Shown piece by piece: positions 42,496-62,052 of a stretch of DNA of 64,000 bases. The number at the start of each line of letters is the position of its first letter. Within the stretch, counting starts at the first letter, position 1. Source of the stretch: the human T2T-CHM13v2.0 reference genome, Homo sapiens; the NCBI RefSeq assembly GCF_009914755.1, contig NC_060925.1, one strand, 5' to 3'. The position numbers and the translations under genes were made by a program. Below the pieces are notes generated by a model. That model was not told the origin of the DNA, did not search any database, and saw only the letters and a program-made list of their open reading frames with translations.

Positions 42496-42941
42496 AGATG
42501 TTTTTCAAGAAGATGAAATTGATAAATATTGAGAGTATTTAAACACATTCAGGGAAGATTCATAAAACTGGGGGACTGTTTTGAGTACATAGAAAACAGC
42601 AAACAAAAAACAAGATAGGTATGAACTGTGGAGGAAACTGAGAAATGGAATGGAAAGACAATACTATATTATCCAGTCATGAATGGATTATGTAACTACA
42701 TGACTCTATTAATAGAAATATCTCATCCAGATAGTGTATTACATATAACGGAATACTATAAAGCAGCAAAGAGGAGTTAATCACAGATATATAAAAAAAA
42801 ATGGGGAGTAAGAAAAACAAGTTGCCACTAATACCACTTATAACAAGTTTTGTTGTATTTCTAAAAACTGATAAAAAACTATAGAATATAACATGATAAA
42901 TATCCATGTATCCACAACTAAGCTTGAGAAATAAACACTAT

Positions 42942-44121
<1,180 letters not shown>

Positions 44122-44162
<41 letters not shown>
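44122..44162. repeat. (TG)n microsatellite
   Basis: Direct observation. Confidence 0.97.
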
Positions 44163-44166
<4 letters not shown>

Positions 44167-44287
44167 AAACAATATTTAGCAAGTTGACTGTTTTTAAACT
44201 TTATATCAATGGTGTATATTAAATATGATCGTCTACAGTTTGCTTTTACAGCTCAATAGTTTAAAAACAAAACAAAACAAAAAGCTG

Positions 44288-44960
<673 letters not shown>

Positions 44961-47206
44961 TTGAGGTTATGCTCACATCATGGTCAAAAGATGAAAGTGG
45001 AATGGTTTATATCTCCTTGTTCTCAGGAAAAAATAAAAGTTTTTGAATGCCACTGTTCAACTTGACACCATAAGGTTAAGTATTGTTTTGTTTTCTTGAT
45101 CTGTTGCAGTTAAGACAATTTGCATGCATCTTTTAGGTATAGCTGTAAAATTTTCTCTTTTGAAATGTCATGAGTCAAAATTGAACTGTGGGAAATAAAA
45201 AATAAAGAATTTGTCTCTATTTATTTTTTTAATGAAAATCTCTTTGTATCTCAGAATTTCATGATGGTCTAGGAGGCCTGAAACTCTGTAGGTCTAGACT
45301 GTGAGGATCTCTGAGAACTGCATGCTCTGCATATTATAGGTACTCAATCAGCACTGATTGCTGGTGGCTTAAACTGCAAGAACTACGTTATAGCCAGCAA
45401 GCAAAGATGCCCAATTAGTCAGTGAGTGATTTGCCAGGGGAAGTCTATTTTCAGCCTGGGTAGTTACTATTAAGAGAGGATCCTAGAAGCTGCACTTTTT
45501 GCCTGCTAGGTGTTCGGAATACTTTTGAAAGAACTGAAGTGTTCAGTTCAGTGGAGACATCTTAGATCCTCTATATTTACAAATTTACAGCCCTTCATTT
45601 CCCAATTTCTTCAACCTTTTTCCTTCCTGGAAGTCATGCTTTCATAGTTTAGAGGAAATAATTAGTTTTATAAAACATTCAGTTCCTAAAAGATTAATAA
45701 TTCCAAAGGAAAATATATTAATTGTAGTTATGAAAAATGCACTGACAACAGGCTATCAGCTTTCAGAATTGCTTCTTAGTTTTTCATTAAAATAGAAAAC
45801 TCAAAATGTCTCATGAGTTTTATAGAAAAATTGAGCATATTTAAAAATTAAATATGTATAATTTTATAAGAACAAAAAAGGTTTGACCTTGAAAATTTTT
45901 TTCTTCAGTTTTATTCTGTTACAGGACAGTGCCTGCACATTAGTAGGCACTTGGTGAAGATTTGTGAAATGAATGTGATAGCATAATGTTATTGGAATTC
46001 ATCATTGCTGAATTAATGTATATTTGTGGTTTCTGTAGGAAATCTTGTCCTTATCTCACCTCAGGTTTTTACCATAACATTTTTTTCCTCTTTGCAAATA
46101 TCTTTTGATTGGTATTTTAATTATTGATAAGGTGTGCACTTGGAACATTCATTCAAAATGAATAATTCCAGTGTCAGGGGAAAAAAAAAAACCTCTGGAA
46201 ATTTAATGTATGGCTTTTTTTAAGTGTATATATCACTTTTTTTTCCAAAGGACAGTTTGAAAGTGAAATACTCCAAAGTAAAAGCAATTTTAACTTTCTG
46301 AAACTGTGTGTGTTTGTTTGCGTGTGTGAAAAAAGATGGAAAAAAGGAAAGATAGAAGAAGGGAGGGTTGGGAGATTGAGAGAGGGAGAGAGAGGAGAGA
46401 AATGTGCTTTCTATGAAATTTTGACACATTTCCAGGATAACTGAGAATGATAAATTAAGTAAAAAGAAAAATAAGCATTCTTATTTTATGTGGGAAGAAT
46501 TATGCTTTTTTTCCTTTAAAGAAATTGATTTTTATGAAAACAAGCAATAATAGCTTTAACAAATACATAAAAATTTTTAGATCAAGCTGATAACTGCTTT
46601 TAGATAATAGCCTAAGTCACTGATTAGAAGGGAAAACCCATCTTTGGAAAATATCTTTTGGAAATCATCTTTTGTGTATCATGTTAAAATAAAAATTTTT
46701 CTTAGTCATTTCAAGGAAATTTTCTAACATTAGGAAGGGAAATATTGTTAATTCTTTTCAGCAGAAGGTAGAGTACCGGCATTAATGACAAATACATTTT
46801 TACCTTAGACCTTTTAAATAATTACTTTTTTCCTTTTAATAGAGAAAAGGACACATTTAGATATTGGATGTTTATTTTACATTTTAAAACAATTTTCTTT
46901 GGGGAAAAAATAGGGTGAAAGTTCTTGTAAAACCAAGGAAATTTTGAATTTGTAGAGCATAAGTAGATACTGACAATTTTTCTTGCTACATCTGAAGTTA
47001 GTTATTTGACTTAAAAGGCCAACAATCTCATTTATTGGTTTCTTTGAAGTAGTTGGTTGCCTTTTTTCTCTCCCACACCAAACTATAAAGATAATTTCAT
47101 AAACCTCTTTTTAGTTGAGCTTTTGGGTTTTGCTAATTTTTCTGACTTAGATGAAGTTTCAATTAAAAATAGACTATAAACTTATATGTGGGTGGCAGTT
47201 GAATGA

Positions 47207-47220
47207 GTTGCTATGACAGT
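47207..47220. promoter_or_regulatory. RFX X-box-like motif
   Basis: GTTGCTATGACAGT; motif match only. Confidence 0.25.
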
Positions 47221-47587
47221 TCATATTATGAGGTTGAACCAAATGCAAAGTAGCTTAACAGAATTTGAGAAACATAGAGCTATATCAGTACTAATGATTA
47301 CCCTTCTTTAACCTATGCTGCGTATAAAGGAACATGCCTTTCTCTCAGGGTACAAAAGTTTTACTGGAGAAATCAGTGAAGCCTGTAACCCTTATCCTAC
47401 TGCTACTAAGAACCTATTTTCCTAAGGAACACCCCACTTTCCCACTTGTGGATATTGGTAAAAGGTCTTGGGAATATCAAGTCTGGTCTGTATTTTCCCA
47501 TCCTCTACAGGTAATCTCAGAAGAGGTGCTTAATAAATGCTATACACCATCATCCAATTCTTGCTCCTCCTGTTCCTGAAAGAAAGT

Positions 47588-47616
47588 TTAGCCAGGCAGG
47601 GTGGCGGGCACCTGTA
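47588..47616 (+). repeat. Isolated 29-bp Alu patch identical to 51598-51626
   Basis: TTAGCCAGGCAGGGTGGCGGGCACCTGTA at both positions. Confidence 0.9.
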
Positions 47617-47909
47617 CTACTATGGAGAGAGGTGTAGAGTGGTGCTACCTGAGAGCATAACACTAATGATCTGCCATCGTGTGAATTTTCCATATTTTTC
47701 TGCATTGTTTGTGGTCATTGTGGAAAAGTATGATTCTGATGCATGTATCAAGATCTTTTAAAGAACACAAAAAAGTTATAATTTTTTTCAACTCTAAAAT
47801 CTTCCAGTGAAACTAACTTTTAAGGAAGATCTTCCATGAGTATCAAGTGGCTTCACATACCCTATGCAAGAGTATTGTTCAATAAGGGCTCACCCAGTTA
47901 GTTACTCTC

Positions 47910-48460
47910 TTCCTTAGTCCACCTTTTAAAAATGCTGCCAGATGAATCTCCTTGAAGCTTACATTGTTATGTAATTTCCTTATTTTCTTTAGAAACAAAT
48001 TCAGAACTCCTTAGCTTACCTGGTAATGCTCTCTACAATCTGCCCTGAACCTCCCTTTCCAATCTTAGACCTCATTTCTCTCGTCATACGTGCTGTGGTA
48101 CAACAATCTCTGAACCCTGCTTTGGGAAAACCATTTCTTTGCTTATGTTGGTACTTCCATTTCTCTTTGCTGTGAACATTTGAACTATTTCCAAAGTCCA
48201 GATCAAATGCCTAGTCCCTCTTAGGCTTTCTCCTGCTTTTCAACCTAGGAGTAGTAATTTTTCTCTTTTTTGGTTTCTTTGTAAATCTCTTCTAAATTTT
48301 ATTAGTATTTAACCCTTCCCTTATAGTTCTTTACACATCTTTTTGTTCTCTGCCAGAATATAAACTACGTAAGAATAATCTTTTACATGTTTCCAAACCC
48401 AACATTGTCTACTCTGTATCCTGTATAGTTTGTGCCCTGTAAATGTCTACTGAATTGAAC
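47910..48460 (+). mobile_element. L2 3' region
   Basis: TGCTGCCAGATGAATCT...AAATTCAGAACTCCTTAGC...CAGATCAAATGC...AAATGTCTACTGAATTGAA. Confidence 0.55.
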
Positions 48461-48924
48461 TTAAACTTTGAAGTATAACCCTATAGACATACCACTAATC
48501 TAGGGACGTTTGTATACTCTTTCAATGCTACCATGTACTCTTTGAACTGCATCTTGACATTTAATTTTTCTATGACTTAGTTTTTTTTAACCCACAAGGT
48601 GGTTATAATGATATTTCACTGTGCACTATAAAATTGTTATGTTATCTTTCAAAGAACTACTTTGAATTCCCTGGGAGACAAATGGTCAAATATATGAAAC
48701 CCATTATAGAATTTCACCTCTGACATATGGCACAACTTAGAGATAATTTTGTTTAAATGCCAAGTAACCTGGAGCTATAAGTCCCGTAATACCACATAGG
48801 TATACATGTTTATGTATATGTAATCGTTCATGTTTATAACCTCATTTTGTAGTGTGATAGTAGGCTATGGTAAATTTGTCTTAAAATTTTTTAGGAGGCC
48901 AAAATTCTTACAGAAAAACATATT

Positions 48925-49130
48925 AGTGTAGTGTTGAGAGTCTAGGCACTAGAGATAGACTGCCTACGTTCATTAAAAAGTTAAATAAGTTGCCCGGGGT
49001 CACACAAAAGACTAAAGGGTGATTTGAACTTAAGTTTCCTCATTTATCATTCAGAATAATAAGAGCTCCTATTTACAGTATAGTTTTCAAGAATAAATTA
49101 CCTAATACTGGCCCATAGTAAATACATATT
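48925..49130 (+). mobile_element. MIR
   Basis: AGTGTAGTGTTGAGAG...AGTTTCCTCATTTAT...CTGGCCCATAGTAAAT. Confidence 0.55.
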
Positions 49131-49779
49131 TATTATTTTTATTATATTTTCATAGATAAATCATACATAGGCTTAGTTGGAGGTTAAACTTAGTGGTAAA
49201 GAACTTAGCATCAGGTAAACCGGGGTTTTATTTTTGATTTATTTTTTTCATTTCTTTTTTTTCTTTTTTTTATTATTTTCTTTATTATACGTTAAGTTCT
49301 AGGGTACATGTGCACAACATGCAGGTTTGTTACATATGTATACATGTGCCACGTGGGTGTGCTGTACCCATTAACTTGTCATTTACATTAGGTATATCTC
49401 CTAATGCTATCCCTTCCCTGTCCCCACACCCCACAACAGGCCCTGGTGTGTGATGTTCCCCACCCTGTGCCCAAGTGTTCTCATTGTTCAATTCCCACCT
49501 ATGAGTGAGAACATGCGGTGTTTGGTTTAAAATCCTTGTGATAGTTTGCTCAGAATGATGGTTTCCAGCTTCATCCATGTACCCACAAAGGACATGAACT
49601 CATCCCTTTTTATGGCTGCATACTATTCCATGGTGTATATGTGCCACATTTTCTTAATCCAGTCTATCATTGATGGACATTTGGGTTGGTTCCAAGTCTG
49701 TGCTATTGTGAATAGTGCCACAATAAACATACGTATGCATGTGTCTTTATAACAGCATGATTTATAATCCTTCGGGTTT

Positions 49780-53606
<3,827 letters not shown>

Positions 53607-53669
53607 TATGATGTTAGCTGGTTATTTTGCTCGTTAGTTGATGCAGTTTCTTCCTAGCCTCGATGGTCT

Positions 53670-54696
53670 TTACCATTTGGCATGTTTTTGCAGTGGCTGG
53701 TACCAGTTGTTCCTTTCCATGTTTAGTGCTTCCTTCAGGAGCTCTTGTAAGGCAGGCCTGGTGGTGACAAAATCTCTCAGCATTTGCTTGTCTGTAAAGG
53801 ATTTTATTTCTCCTTCACTTATGAAGCTTAGTTTGGCTGAATATGAAATTCTGGGTTGAAAATTCTTTTCTTTAAGAATGTTGAATATTGTCCCCCACTG
53901 TCTTCTGGCTTGTAAACTTTCTGCCGAGAGATCCGCTGTTAGTCTGATAGGCTTCCCTTTGTGGGTAACTCGACCTTTCTCTCTGGCTGCCCTTAACATT
54001 TTTTCCTTTATTTCAACTTTGGTGAATCTGACAGTTATGTGTCTTGGAGTTGCTCTTCTCGAGGAGTATCTTTGTGGCGTTCTCTGTATTTCCTGAATTT
54101 GAATGTTGTCCTGCCTTGCTAGGTTGGGTAAGTTCTCCTGGGTAATATCCTGCAGAGTGTTTTCCAACTTGGTTCCATTCTCCTTGTCACTTTCAGGTAC
54201 ACCAGTCAGGTGTAGATTTGTTTTTTTCACATAGTCCCATATTTCTTGGAGGCTTTGTTCATTTCTTTTTACTCTTTTTTTCTCTAAACTTCTCTTCTTG
54301 CTTCATTTCATTCATTTGATCTTCAATCACTGATACCCTTTCTTCCACTTGATTTAATCAGCTGCTGAAGCTTGTGCGTGCATCATGTAGTTCTCTTGCC
54401 ATGGTTTTCAGCTCCATCAGGTCATTTAAGGTCTTGTCTATGCTCTTTATTCTAGTTAGCCATTCGTCTAATCTTTCTTCATGGTTTTTAGCTTCTTTGC
54501 AATGGGTTCAAACATCGTCCTTTAGCTCGGATAAGTTCGTTATTACTGATCATCTGAAGTCTTCTTCTCTCAACTTGTCAAAGTCATTCTCTATCCAGCT
54601 TTGTTCTATTGCTGGCGAGGAGCTGCGATACTTTGGAGGAGAAGAGGCCCTCTGATTTTTAGAATTTTTAGCTTTTCTGCTCTGGTTTCTCCCCGT
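53670..54696 (-). pseudogene. Disrupted L1 ORF1
   Basis: ORF1p C-terminal half (RYSSRRATPRH...MLRAAREKG...YQPLQKHAK); start codon now ACG at 54696-54694. Confidence 0.92.
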
Positions 54697-55271
54697 CTTT
54701 GTGGTTTTATCTACCTTTGGTCTTTGATGATGGTGACTTACAGATGGGGTTTTGGTGTGGATGTCCTTTCTGTTTGTTAGTTTTCCTTCTAACAGTCACG
54801 ACCCTCTGTTGCAGGTCTGTTGGAGTTTGCTGGAGGTCCACTCCAGACCCTGTTTGCCTGGGTATCACCAGTGGAAGCTGCAGAACAGCAAATATTGCAG
54901 AATGGCAAATGTTGCTGCCTGATCCTTCCTCTGGAAGCTTCATCTCAGAAGGGCACCTGGCTGTATGAGGTGTCGGTTGGCCCCTCCTGGGAGGTGTCTC
55001 CCAATTAGACTACTCAGGTGTCAGGGACCCACTTGAGGAGGCAGTCTGTCCATTCTCAGGTCCCAAACTACATGCTGGGAGAACCACTACTCTCTTCAAA
55101 GCTGTCAGACAGGGACATTTAAGTCTGCAGAAGTTTCTGCTGCCGTTTGTTCAACTATGCCCTGCCCCCAGTACTGGAGTCCAGGAAGGCAGGCAGGCCT
55201 CCTTGAGCTTTGGTGGGCTCCACCCAGTTCAGTCTTCCCGGCTGCTTTGTTTACCTACTCAAGCTTCAGCA

Positions 55272-55586
55272 ATGGCGGATGCCCCTCCCTCAGCCTTGCT
55301 GACACCTTGCGGCTTGATCTCAGACTGCTGTGTTAGCAGTGAGTGAGGCTCCGTGGGTGTGGGACTCTCCGAGCCAGGTGCGGGATATAATCTCCTGGTG
55401 TTCCGTTTGCTAAGACCATTGGAAAAGCGCAGTATTAGGGTGGGAGGGTCCCGATTTTCCAGGTACTATCTGTCATGGCTTCCCTTGGCTAGGAAAGGGA
55501 ATTCCCCAACCCCTTGCACTTCCCAGGTGAGGCAATGCCCCACGCTGCTCCTTGGGCTGCACCCACTGTGTGACAAGCCCCAGTGA
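55272..55586 (+). pseudogene. L1 ORF0 / antisense-promoter region with a premature stop
   Basis: ATG at 55272 gives MADAPPSALLTPCGLISDCCVSSE*, ORF0-like, with TGA at 55344. The same frame continues as VGVGLSEPGAGY...RFSR. Confidence 0.75.
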
Positions 55587-56721
55587 GATGAACCCGGTAC
55601 CTCTGTTGGAAATGCAGAAATCACCTGTCTTCTGCGTCGCTCACGCTGGGAGCTGTAGACTGGAGCTGTTCCTTTTTGGCCATCTTGGAACCTCGGTTCA
55701 AACCTGAGTTGTAATACTCACTCTTCCTGTTGCTGCCTATGTAATTTTGTAGAAGTTACCTAATTGCTTCCAAGCTTCTGTTGGATTTTTTGAGAACTGA
55801 ATGACATAGTACATTTTGAATGCTTAATGTATTGCTTTGTGCATGGTATTATTTAATAAATATTAGCTTTGGTTATACTTGCAATGTTCTGTTATTTCTC
55901 TTTTTCACACATGTTGCTTGCAATCTATATGGCATCTATTTTAGCATTAAAGTAGAAAGTTTTAAGTAGAAAGGTTCTGTCATAAAGAAAAAAAGAATCT
56001 TAAGAAGATAAATCTAAGTGGAAATTTAAAGAAAATAAGGCTTTTTTAGATCTAGCCTGTAAACTCCTTTAGACTCTTGAATTTGATATTCTGGTAGCTC
56101 TTCCGAGTATTAGGAAAAAAAGTCCTTTAAGCTGCTCTAAAGTTGGGTCTGGAAGCAATACTAGAAAAAGTAGAAACTGGAAAAATTTCACATCTTTAGA
56201 TCAATGATGTCCAAAGTGAAGAGTATACTATAACCAAGTGGGTGAGAGAACATATTAGACCACCTACTTACATATATTTTATCTAAAAAATTTTAAAGTA
56301 CAGGTTGATAGTAGTGTATGTAGGTAGCCTATTAGGTATAAATATATTGAGATAGTGACTCAGTTTTATTTTTAAAAAATAGACTATTAAACCACTGCTC
56401 TAGAGAATGGCTGTATTAAGCCAAAGTTTTAGTATAAACAAAGTTTAGATATTTGTTGTTCATATATTTTAGATAACACCCAGTTCTGTACATTTATCAG
56501 CTCTTTGCTTTCCTGTAATGTGCCATTTGTGATAAGGGGGAATAGGAACTTTTCTCTGAATCCTTTTCCATAGAAGGTGCTTTTAAAGATGCCTCTTTCA
56601 GTCCTTGCTAGGTAAGGGAATTAGAACCATTAGAATTGCTTTACAAAAATTGAGGAAAAGATTATTTGTTTAGCTATTTGTTTTTAGTAAATTGCATCCT
56701 TTGCATTAAGATAAAGCAGTT

Positions 56722-57071
<350 letters not shown>

Positions 57072-57311
57072 TTATTAAATTTCCTTTTTAAAACTGAGTT
57101 TTGACATAGAGATTTAAAATTAAACAGACCTGTATTCAAATCTTCATTCTTGATCTTGCTAGCTGTGATGTTTCTTTGTGTGTAAAAAGTTAGGGGTATA
57201 ATTACAGTAGCCTTTTCCTGCTACCACCTGGCATTTAGCAGACCAGTTCTCAGTGAATGTGAGCGTTGATTATTTTTAAGGTGGTAGAGAGCTGATGAAA
57301 AGAGCAAGTAA

Positions 57312-57615
57312 GCCTGGGTGCAGTGACTCACACCTGTAATCCTGGTACTTTGGAAGGCCGAGGCAGGAGGATCACTTGAGCCTACGAGTTTGAGACCAGC
57401 CTAGGCAATGTAGCGAGACCTCATCTCTGCAAAAAAATAAAAAATTAGCTGGATGTGATAGTGTGTGCCTGTATGCCCAGGTACTTAGGTGGCTGAGGTG
57501 GGAAAATCACCTGAGCACAGGAAGTTGAGGAAGCAGTGAGCTGTGATTGTGCTACTGTACTTCATCCTAGGCAACAGAGTGAAACACTGTCTAAAAGAAA
57601 AGAAGAAAAGAAATA
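57312..57615 (+). mobile_element. AluJo
   Basis: Diverged dimer. Confidence 0.9.
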
Positions 57616-57813
57616 TATCTTATACCATAGGGCTTAACTTTCTTTAAATGTGTGTAAATTGAAAGTAATTCTGTGTTCTTTTAGACATGGGGAATTTATC
57701 TGCAAAGTTTGGATATGGAGTCATTGTATTTGTATTTAAATTGACGTTAGATGCATCAGTTTATTACCTATTACATAGTATTTGAAAATAATCATATTTA
57801 TTTTGTCTTTTAG

Positions 57814-58177
57814 CAACAGATGAAATTTAGTCTTACACCGAGACAGACTATTCACCTAGTTAAATATGAAGGGTCTATGAAGGTCTCCATGACACCCTGT
57901 AACCAGCTGCAATTTGACATTAGACTTGATGTTCTGATTACTTATACTTTTTGTTTTAGTTCCTTTCCTGAGCCTGAATTGTACAAATATGTCCTAAAAC
58001 ACCAACTTATTAAGAGGCTTAATGCCTGTTAAATGCGTCAGTGCTCTTGGCAGCTTAGCATGAGTGCTTTCTTTGCATGGGAGGTTGCAGTTTAGAAGCA
58101 ACTTTATGGATCATTTCCCAGGTTGATGTTACATATGTTCATTTTACAACCTGTGTGCATAATCTCTCAGGGTGAAG
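57814..58177 (+). other. Candidate exon in unique sequence (unverified)
   Basis: Acceptor TTTTGTCTTTTAG (57813), alternative CAG (57819), 70-codon ORF 57820-58032, donor AAG|GTAATT (58177/8). Confidence 0.2.
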
Positions 58178-59862
58178 GTAATTAAGAGAAAGCATAATCT
58201 ACAGAATTGAAGCCAAGTAATCTAAGATTCTGTTTTTAAACTCTTTGCTATATAACATTAGTTAAGTTGTTTACCCTCTTAATTTATCCATTTGTAAAAT
58301 GATAGTTTTTGTTTTTAAAGTGCTCTATTACCCTTACTTTAAAAGTCCTGTCTACCATATATTTAAAACTATAAGTGGAAATAATGAAGAAACTCTGAAC
58401 TTGCTTTTGCTTATATATGGATATATCATATTATATGCCTAAGATTGGAGATAAATTTTATAACCTGATTTTCTCATGGCAGTGTACAAATGAAATTATT
58501 CTGTAAGTTTTTCAAAACAGTAAAATCACTATTTTTCATCTTTTTGTGAGATGTACTTTTTTCATACCCACAGAAATTTGCAGAGGGCTTCTGCATACCA
58601 CCCATCTTCCAATATTTCAGTATTTGGCTAGGTTCCCCTCATTTTGCTTAATTATTCATTTTGGTTGGAAAGTTTAACTGCCACTGAAACTTCAGATTCT
58701 ATATCCTTACCACTTTCCTGATTTTTAAGTTTAACATTCAGTAATTATTTGATGTTTATTTTAGCTGCATAGGTTTAAGTAACACTAAAAGTATACCTGA
58801 ATCTCTAGGTAGCATATTTACAAGCTTAGTTAGAAGTACCAAAAAGGGCTTAGAAAATAATTTAAAACTACAATAGTGATCTAAAGTTTTTAATGATTTT
58901 TCAATTATGAAAATGTTTTACTATTGTGCTTATCCCATGAAGATTTAAAAATTTAGTGGCCGATACTTGAAATTGTATAGGTAGATAGGATACAGCATAT
59001 GTTATTTTCAGTGTATCTAAAACCATGAACTTGGGTCCTGTGTGAGTGCAAAGTGGATACTGAAAACTAGTTTAATTTCCTCAGATTCATCTGATAGGTT
59101 ATATCCTACTCAAAAATGACAGGAAAGCCAAAGGCTACTATGTTAGCCATTTCTGCTGACTCTTATTGGTATCCTGTACCCTATACTTCTTAAACAGATT
59201 ACATTTTTTCAGTATACTAGTAGATCTCAAAAGGAGATAGAAGAAGCAGGGTTATTTCTCCAGGGTAGAGTATTGTTTTGACTATTTCAATTTTTTCTTA
59301 ATGTAAATTATAGAAAGTAAACTCAACAAAATTTTCTTTCAGAGGATGGGAAAGTGGTGGCTGTAGGTACTTGAAAGATAACATAAGAAAGCATTAAAGG
59401 GGGAGACTGGATTTTAAACATTGGAATGCAATCCTATTTAGATATTGTAACATAGCATTCTTGTAAAGAGAAAAGCCACTGCAAGTCTCTACAAAGTTGG
59501 CCACCATTCCAGGCTAAATTTTAGAAGTATGTAGAGATGAAGTAAAAATCTGAGACTTTTAGTAATAGCTCTTGAGATCTCAAGAAATGGAACAAGCTGA
59601 AGAAGTAAAACTATTGAAAAGCCAAGCCAACTTGTTGCTGAATTCCCTAAACCAAGAATAATTTCAGAAGCTTAATTTTTTTCCTACAAATAGTATAGAA
59701 GAATTAACATTACCATTAAATAGGGGTTGAGCACTATACCAGTCTGAAACCCTTGAGATTAAAACTAGCTAGAAGACAAGCTGCAGAAGACAAGACAGTT
59801 TATAATCCCTTCCTTCAGCCTCACCCAAGGTTTTGGAAATAATCTTATGACAGCTGAGAGTA

Positions 59863-60035
59863 AGCCAGGTGCAGTGGCATTCCCTGTAGATCCAGCTACT
59901 TGGGGGGCTGAGGTGGGAGCATTGCTTGAGCCCATGAGTTGAAGGCTGCAGTGCACTGTGATCATACTGTAAATAGCTACTACACTTCAGCTTGGGCATC
60001 ATAGTGAAACCCCATCTCTAACAATAATAATAACA
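59863..60035 (+). mobile_element. FAM (fossil Alu monomer)
   Basis: GTGCACTGTGATCATACTGTAAATAGCTACTACAC, FAM-type segment; single monomer. Confidence 0.75.
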
Positions 60036-60335
60036 TTTTAAAATAAATTATTAAAATTTCACATTTAGAATTATTTTTCTACTACAGTAATTGGTACCTC
60101 AGTCACTTAAAATGGTAACACTAGTTGAGAATTATACCTCCACAAATATATATCTAGATAATCCATTATGTTGTCTCTAGCAGATTTTTCTGAGGAAAAC
60201 CAAAAGGAGGATTGGTAATTAAAAGTAGTTAATTTTTACATTCAAGAAAGGAAAGGACTATTCTTTGAACAAAGTCCCAAGTCATGAATAAGTAATCACC
60301 AGTAATTAGAAATCACTTTTGATCAGTACACATGA

Positions 60336-60483
60336 TGTGAAAATCAGCCAATCAGTGACAGCCTCACTCCAGTGGCCATGCTTCTGAAAATCATCGAGTC
60401 AACAACAGCCTTACTCCAGTAACTATCTTCTGCAAATTAGCAAATCAACGATAGTCCTAGGCTTCTGAAAGTCAGCCAGCGAC
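60336..60483 (+). repeat. Degenerate ~46-bp tandem repeat, possibly an old ERV1 LTR relic
   Basis: Units start at ~60336, 60382, 60428, 60463 (TTCTGAAAATCAGCCAATC-like). Confidence 0.55.
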
Positions 60484-60714
60484 TACTCTTGTATGTTCTG
60501 CATACTGACTCATTATTTGTCATTAAAAATTCAATGGACAAAAGAACAAAGTATGTCTGATGTGGCTGCTTTAGAGGCCAGGATCTAAATGGACCCAAGA
60601 TTCCTAGTTAGCATCTGATAGAACTTTTAGATAGAAAGTCAGCAAGGATATAAAAGATCTGAGTAACACAACCAACCTACAGAATCTAACTGGCATTTAT
60701 AAAACCCGCTACCA

Positions 60715-61419
<705 letters not shown>

Positions 61420-62052
61420 TCAAAGGAAATTTAAAAATACATACAACTGAATGAAAATAATATATATCAAAATATGTGGGAGGTAGTTAAACCTCCCACA
61501 TGTGTGCTGACAGGGAAGTGTACAGCAGTAAGTGCTCACTTTTGAAATGAGGAAGGTTCTCAGATCAATAGTGTAAGTTTCTTTCTCAAGGAACTACTAA
61601 GTTTCTATGTAAGAGACTAGAAAAAGAAGAGAAAATAAACCCGAAGTAAGCATAAATAAATAAATAATGAAGACAAAAACAGAAATCGAAGAAATTGAAA
61701 ATACAAAAACAACAGAGAAAAACCATGAAACAAAAGCTATTTTTGGAAAAAAAAATTAATAAAATTGGTAAACCTTTGACAAGACTGAAAAATCTAAGAA
61801 GGGAAGGCCTGAATCACCAATATCAGAAATGGAATAGTGGATATCAGTACAGATCCTGCAGCCATTAAAAAGTTAACAAGAAAACACTATAAACAACTTG
61901 ATACCCATAATTTAGAAGAAATGAATCTCAATTCTTTGAAAACCACAGACTACCAAAATTCAACCAAGGTGAAATAGACAATCTGAATAGCTATTTAACC
62001 ATTGAAGAAATTAAAAGCTCCTGAAAAAGAAATCACCGTGTCAAGATATTTC

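Noticed and set aside
57820-58032. Naming the host gene from this peptide
   Set aside because: I could not reliably recognise it, so no symbol is given.
60336-60483. CRISPR-like array
   Set aside because: Degenerate tandem units without unique spacers, no cas genes, primate context.
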